A stretch of 64,000 bases of DNA, taken from NCBI GenBank assembly GCA_004431415.1, contig QPMI01000199.1, positions 84,460 through 148,459 of the forward strand, given 5' to 3'. Position numbers and translations under genes: made by a program. Under the pieces are notes generated by a model. That model was not told where the DNA came from. It saw nothing but the letters and a program-made list of their open reading frames with translations, and made no database searches. Positions 61,301 through 64,000 of the stretch are shown here, piece after piece. Within the stretch, counting starts at the first letter, position 1. The number at the start of each line of letters is the position of its first letter. The stretch comes from Cyanophora paradoxa CCMP329 (lineage: Eukaryota; Plantae; Glaucophyta).

Positions 61301-64000
61301 CCAAAAACCGCCGATGAGAATTCTTTTTTTAACCTTTCAGGCGAAGCCTCTTTCTCAAAACCAAAAACGAACGGGTCCAAATTCCTTTTTTAACCTTTTT
61401 TTCCACTCGAGATCCCCCCTGCTAAATAATTTCCGCGTCGCACTCCCTCGAGGCAGAATTATTAATTCTGCCTCGACACGGACGCGATTGCTGCTAATAA
61501 CACTGCTACCCCAACCCCCACAGACCTCTCTAAATCCATTTTTAGCGTCCTGGCTCCCCTAAGACGACCGCTCGCCCGTGGGCGTCGCGCGAAAATCGAA
61601 TTTCCGTCTGGATCAATTCCGGTACTTAACCTCCGACAAATGCAGTCCAGGTCAGAAGGTGGGACCCGGTCCCGCCCGGTCCCGCGACGAAAACGCGCCA
61701 GGGACGCCCCAGAACGATACAGAATGACGCACGAGCGCAAGCGCATTGCCGCAAGCTCGATTTCGGGCGCCGTCGACGCCCCAGTGCGAAGAGTCAGCCG
61801 AAAATTTGATCCAGCCTGTCCCGGCCGGTCCCGCGACGCGCGCAATCCATGCGTACTGGCGCGCATAGACATAGCAGGGCCTGCGCACCCCCGAAATCCG
61901 CTTTTCGGAGCCGCAACAGCGCAGGAAGGTACCGGACATCAAAAATTCGATCCTGCACAGGCCCGGACATCTTTCCGCGCGCCCACGCCGCGGCGCACGC
62001 GCGGAAGAATAGCATAAGCATTTGAGATGTAGAAGAAGCCTTCCGCACGCTTTACAGATGCGCGGGGCCGCGGGGACCCAGCCCATCCCGAAAATTCGAT
62101 CCTCTACAGACCTGCACATCTTTCCGCGCGCCCTCGCATCCTCGCGCATGCGCATCGCTACAATATTCATTTGAGATTTTATCAAAGCCTTCGACAAGCT
62201 TCGAACACGCCGAAGACCACGAGAACCCAGCCGACGGCAAAAATTCGATCCTGCACGGACCCGGACATCTTTCTGCGCGCCCACGCCGCGGCACATGCGC
62301 GGGACAATAGCATATGCATGTGAGATGTAGACAAAGCCTTCCGCATGCTTTACAGATGCGCCGGGCCGCGAGAACCCAGCCAACCCCGAAAGTTCGATCT
62401 TGCACGGACCTGCACAGCTTTCCGCACGCCCTCGCATGCTCACTCATGGGCATCGCTACAGTATTCATTTGAGCTCTTTGTAAAGCTTTGCGCGAGCTCT
62501 GCGGACGCGACAGGGCGCGGCAATCCAGCCGACGCAAAAATTCGATCCTGGCCACGCCTGCACATCTTTCCGCGCGCCCTCGCCTCCGCAGACCTGCACA
62601 TCGATGCTATATGCGTTCGAGATTCTTTTTAAGCGATTCGCAAGCTCTGTGCATGCGCCTGGCCGCGAGAACCTCGCCCCTCCCGGGCCTCCTTCCCAAC
62701 AATATTATATAATTAATCTCCTCTCAATCTAGATCGATCTGCTCCACCCTTTAATTATTTCCTCGCTCAGTACATCATGGCATTAATATTCCTCTAGCCG
62801 ACCAGCGCTAGCTGGACTGGCCGTCAGCCAGCCAGCTTCTAGCCAGAAAGCTGTTCGCGATCGGCCAGGCCGCTGGCCATACTGGCCAGTGCCCAGGTGT
62901 GCCCTATAGGCCTACTGTGACAGCCGCGAGGGCGTCCGCGAGGCTTCGCCGTACTTAGTGCTCCGCAGGAGCACGGATCTTGTTTTTCCACTCGAGATCC
63001 CCCCTACTAAATAATTCCCGCGTCGCACTCCCTCGAGGACGAATTATTAATTCTGCCTCGACACGGACGCGATTGCTGCTGGTAACACAGCTCCCCGAAC
63101 CCCCACAGACCTCTCTAGATCCATTTTTAGCGTCGTGGCTCCCCTAAGACGACCGCTCGCCCGTGGGCGTCGCGCGAAAATCGAATTTCCCTCTGGATCA
63201 ATTCCGGTACTTAACCTCCGACAAATGCAGTCCGAGTCAGAAGGTGGGACCCGGTCCCGCCCGGTCCCGCGACGAAATCGCGCCAGGGACGCCCCAGAAC
63301 GATACAGAATGCCGCGCGAGGGCGAGCGCATCGCCGCAAGCTCGATTTCGGGCGCCCTCGACACTCCAGTGCGAAGAGTCGGCCGAAAATTTGATCCAGC
63401 CGGTCCGGCCCGGTCCCGCGACGCGCGCGATCGATGCGTACTGGCGCGCATAGACATAGCAGGGCCTGCACACCCCCGAAATCCGCTTTTCGGAGCCGGA
63501 ATAGCGCAGGAAGGTACCCGACGGCAAAAAATTCGATCCTAGACAGGCCCGGAGATCTTTCCGCGCGCCCACGCCGCGGCGCATGCGCGCATCAATCGCA
63601 TATGCATTTGAGATGTAGAAGAAGACTTCCGCACGCTTTACGGATGTGCCGGGCCGCGAGGACCCAGCCGACCCCGAAAATTCGATCCTGGACGGACCTG
63701 CACATCTTTCCGCGCGCCCTCGCATCCTCACGCAAGGACATCGCTACAGTATTCATTCGAGATCTTTTCAAAGCTTTTCGCGAGCTCGGAGGACGCGAAA
63801 AAGCACGAGAACCCAGCCGACGGCAAAAATTCGATCCTGCACAGACCCGGCATCTTTCCGCGCGCCCACGCCGCGGCGGATGCGCGGAACAATAGCATAA
63901 GCATCTAAGATGTAGATCAAGCGTTCCGCACGCTTTACAGATGTGCCGGGCCGCGAGAACCCAGCCGACCCCGAAGATTCGATCCTGGACGGTCCTGCAC
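58344..64000 (+). repeat. Tandem array of Helentron-like non-autonomous units (1.3-1.7 kb) with ~150-bp subrepeats
   Basis: Conserved CCACTCGAGATCCCCC at ~58442, 59703, 61403, 62988; 5' GGCGAAGCCTC, 3' GAGGCTTCGCC plus GTGCTCCGCAGGAGCAC hairpin plus CTTGT. Confidence 0.7.

Noticed and set aside
58501-63900. Many Arg/Ala/Gly-rich ORFs in the right-hand array
   Set aside because: Overlapping ORFs on both strands of GC-rich tandem repeats with no recognisable domain.

Overview
Eukaryotic repeat-rich DNA with four layers. (1) 1-6384: the 5' half of a minus-strand Ty3/Gypsy LTR retrotransposon (LTR, PBS, an apparently spliced extra ORF, gag, pol). (2) 6466-58310: an endogenous Polinton-like virus (PLV-A; 480-bp TIRs; about 27 kb once the insert is removed). 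It encodes rve integrase, protein-primed PolB, AEP/PriCT-2/SF3 primase-helicase, A32-type ATPase, a probable double-jelly-roll major capsid protein, two divergent minor capsid proteins, a patatin-discoidin phospholipase, phage-like fibre genes and an AdoMet decarboxylase. (3) 24311-49057: a second, related virus (PLV-B; 516-bp TIRs; 6-bp TSD AAGCCA) inserted in the opposite orientation inside PLV-A's largest fibre gene. It has the same morphogenesis gene order but a different replicase (PolB-like/SF1 helicase/HNH fusion), a DD35N integrase, C1q-tipped fibres, a Dam-type methylase and its own AdoMet decarboxylase. (4) 58344-64000: a head-to-tail array of Helentron-like non-autonomous units with ~150-bp internal subrepeats. 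No maturation cysteine protease was recognised in either virus. Several frameshifts fall in homopolymer runs and may be assembly errors. All protein assignments come from motif recognition by eye, not database searches.
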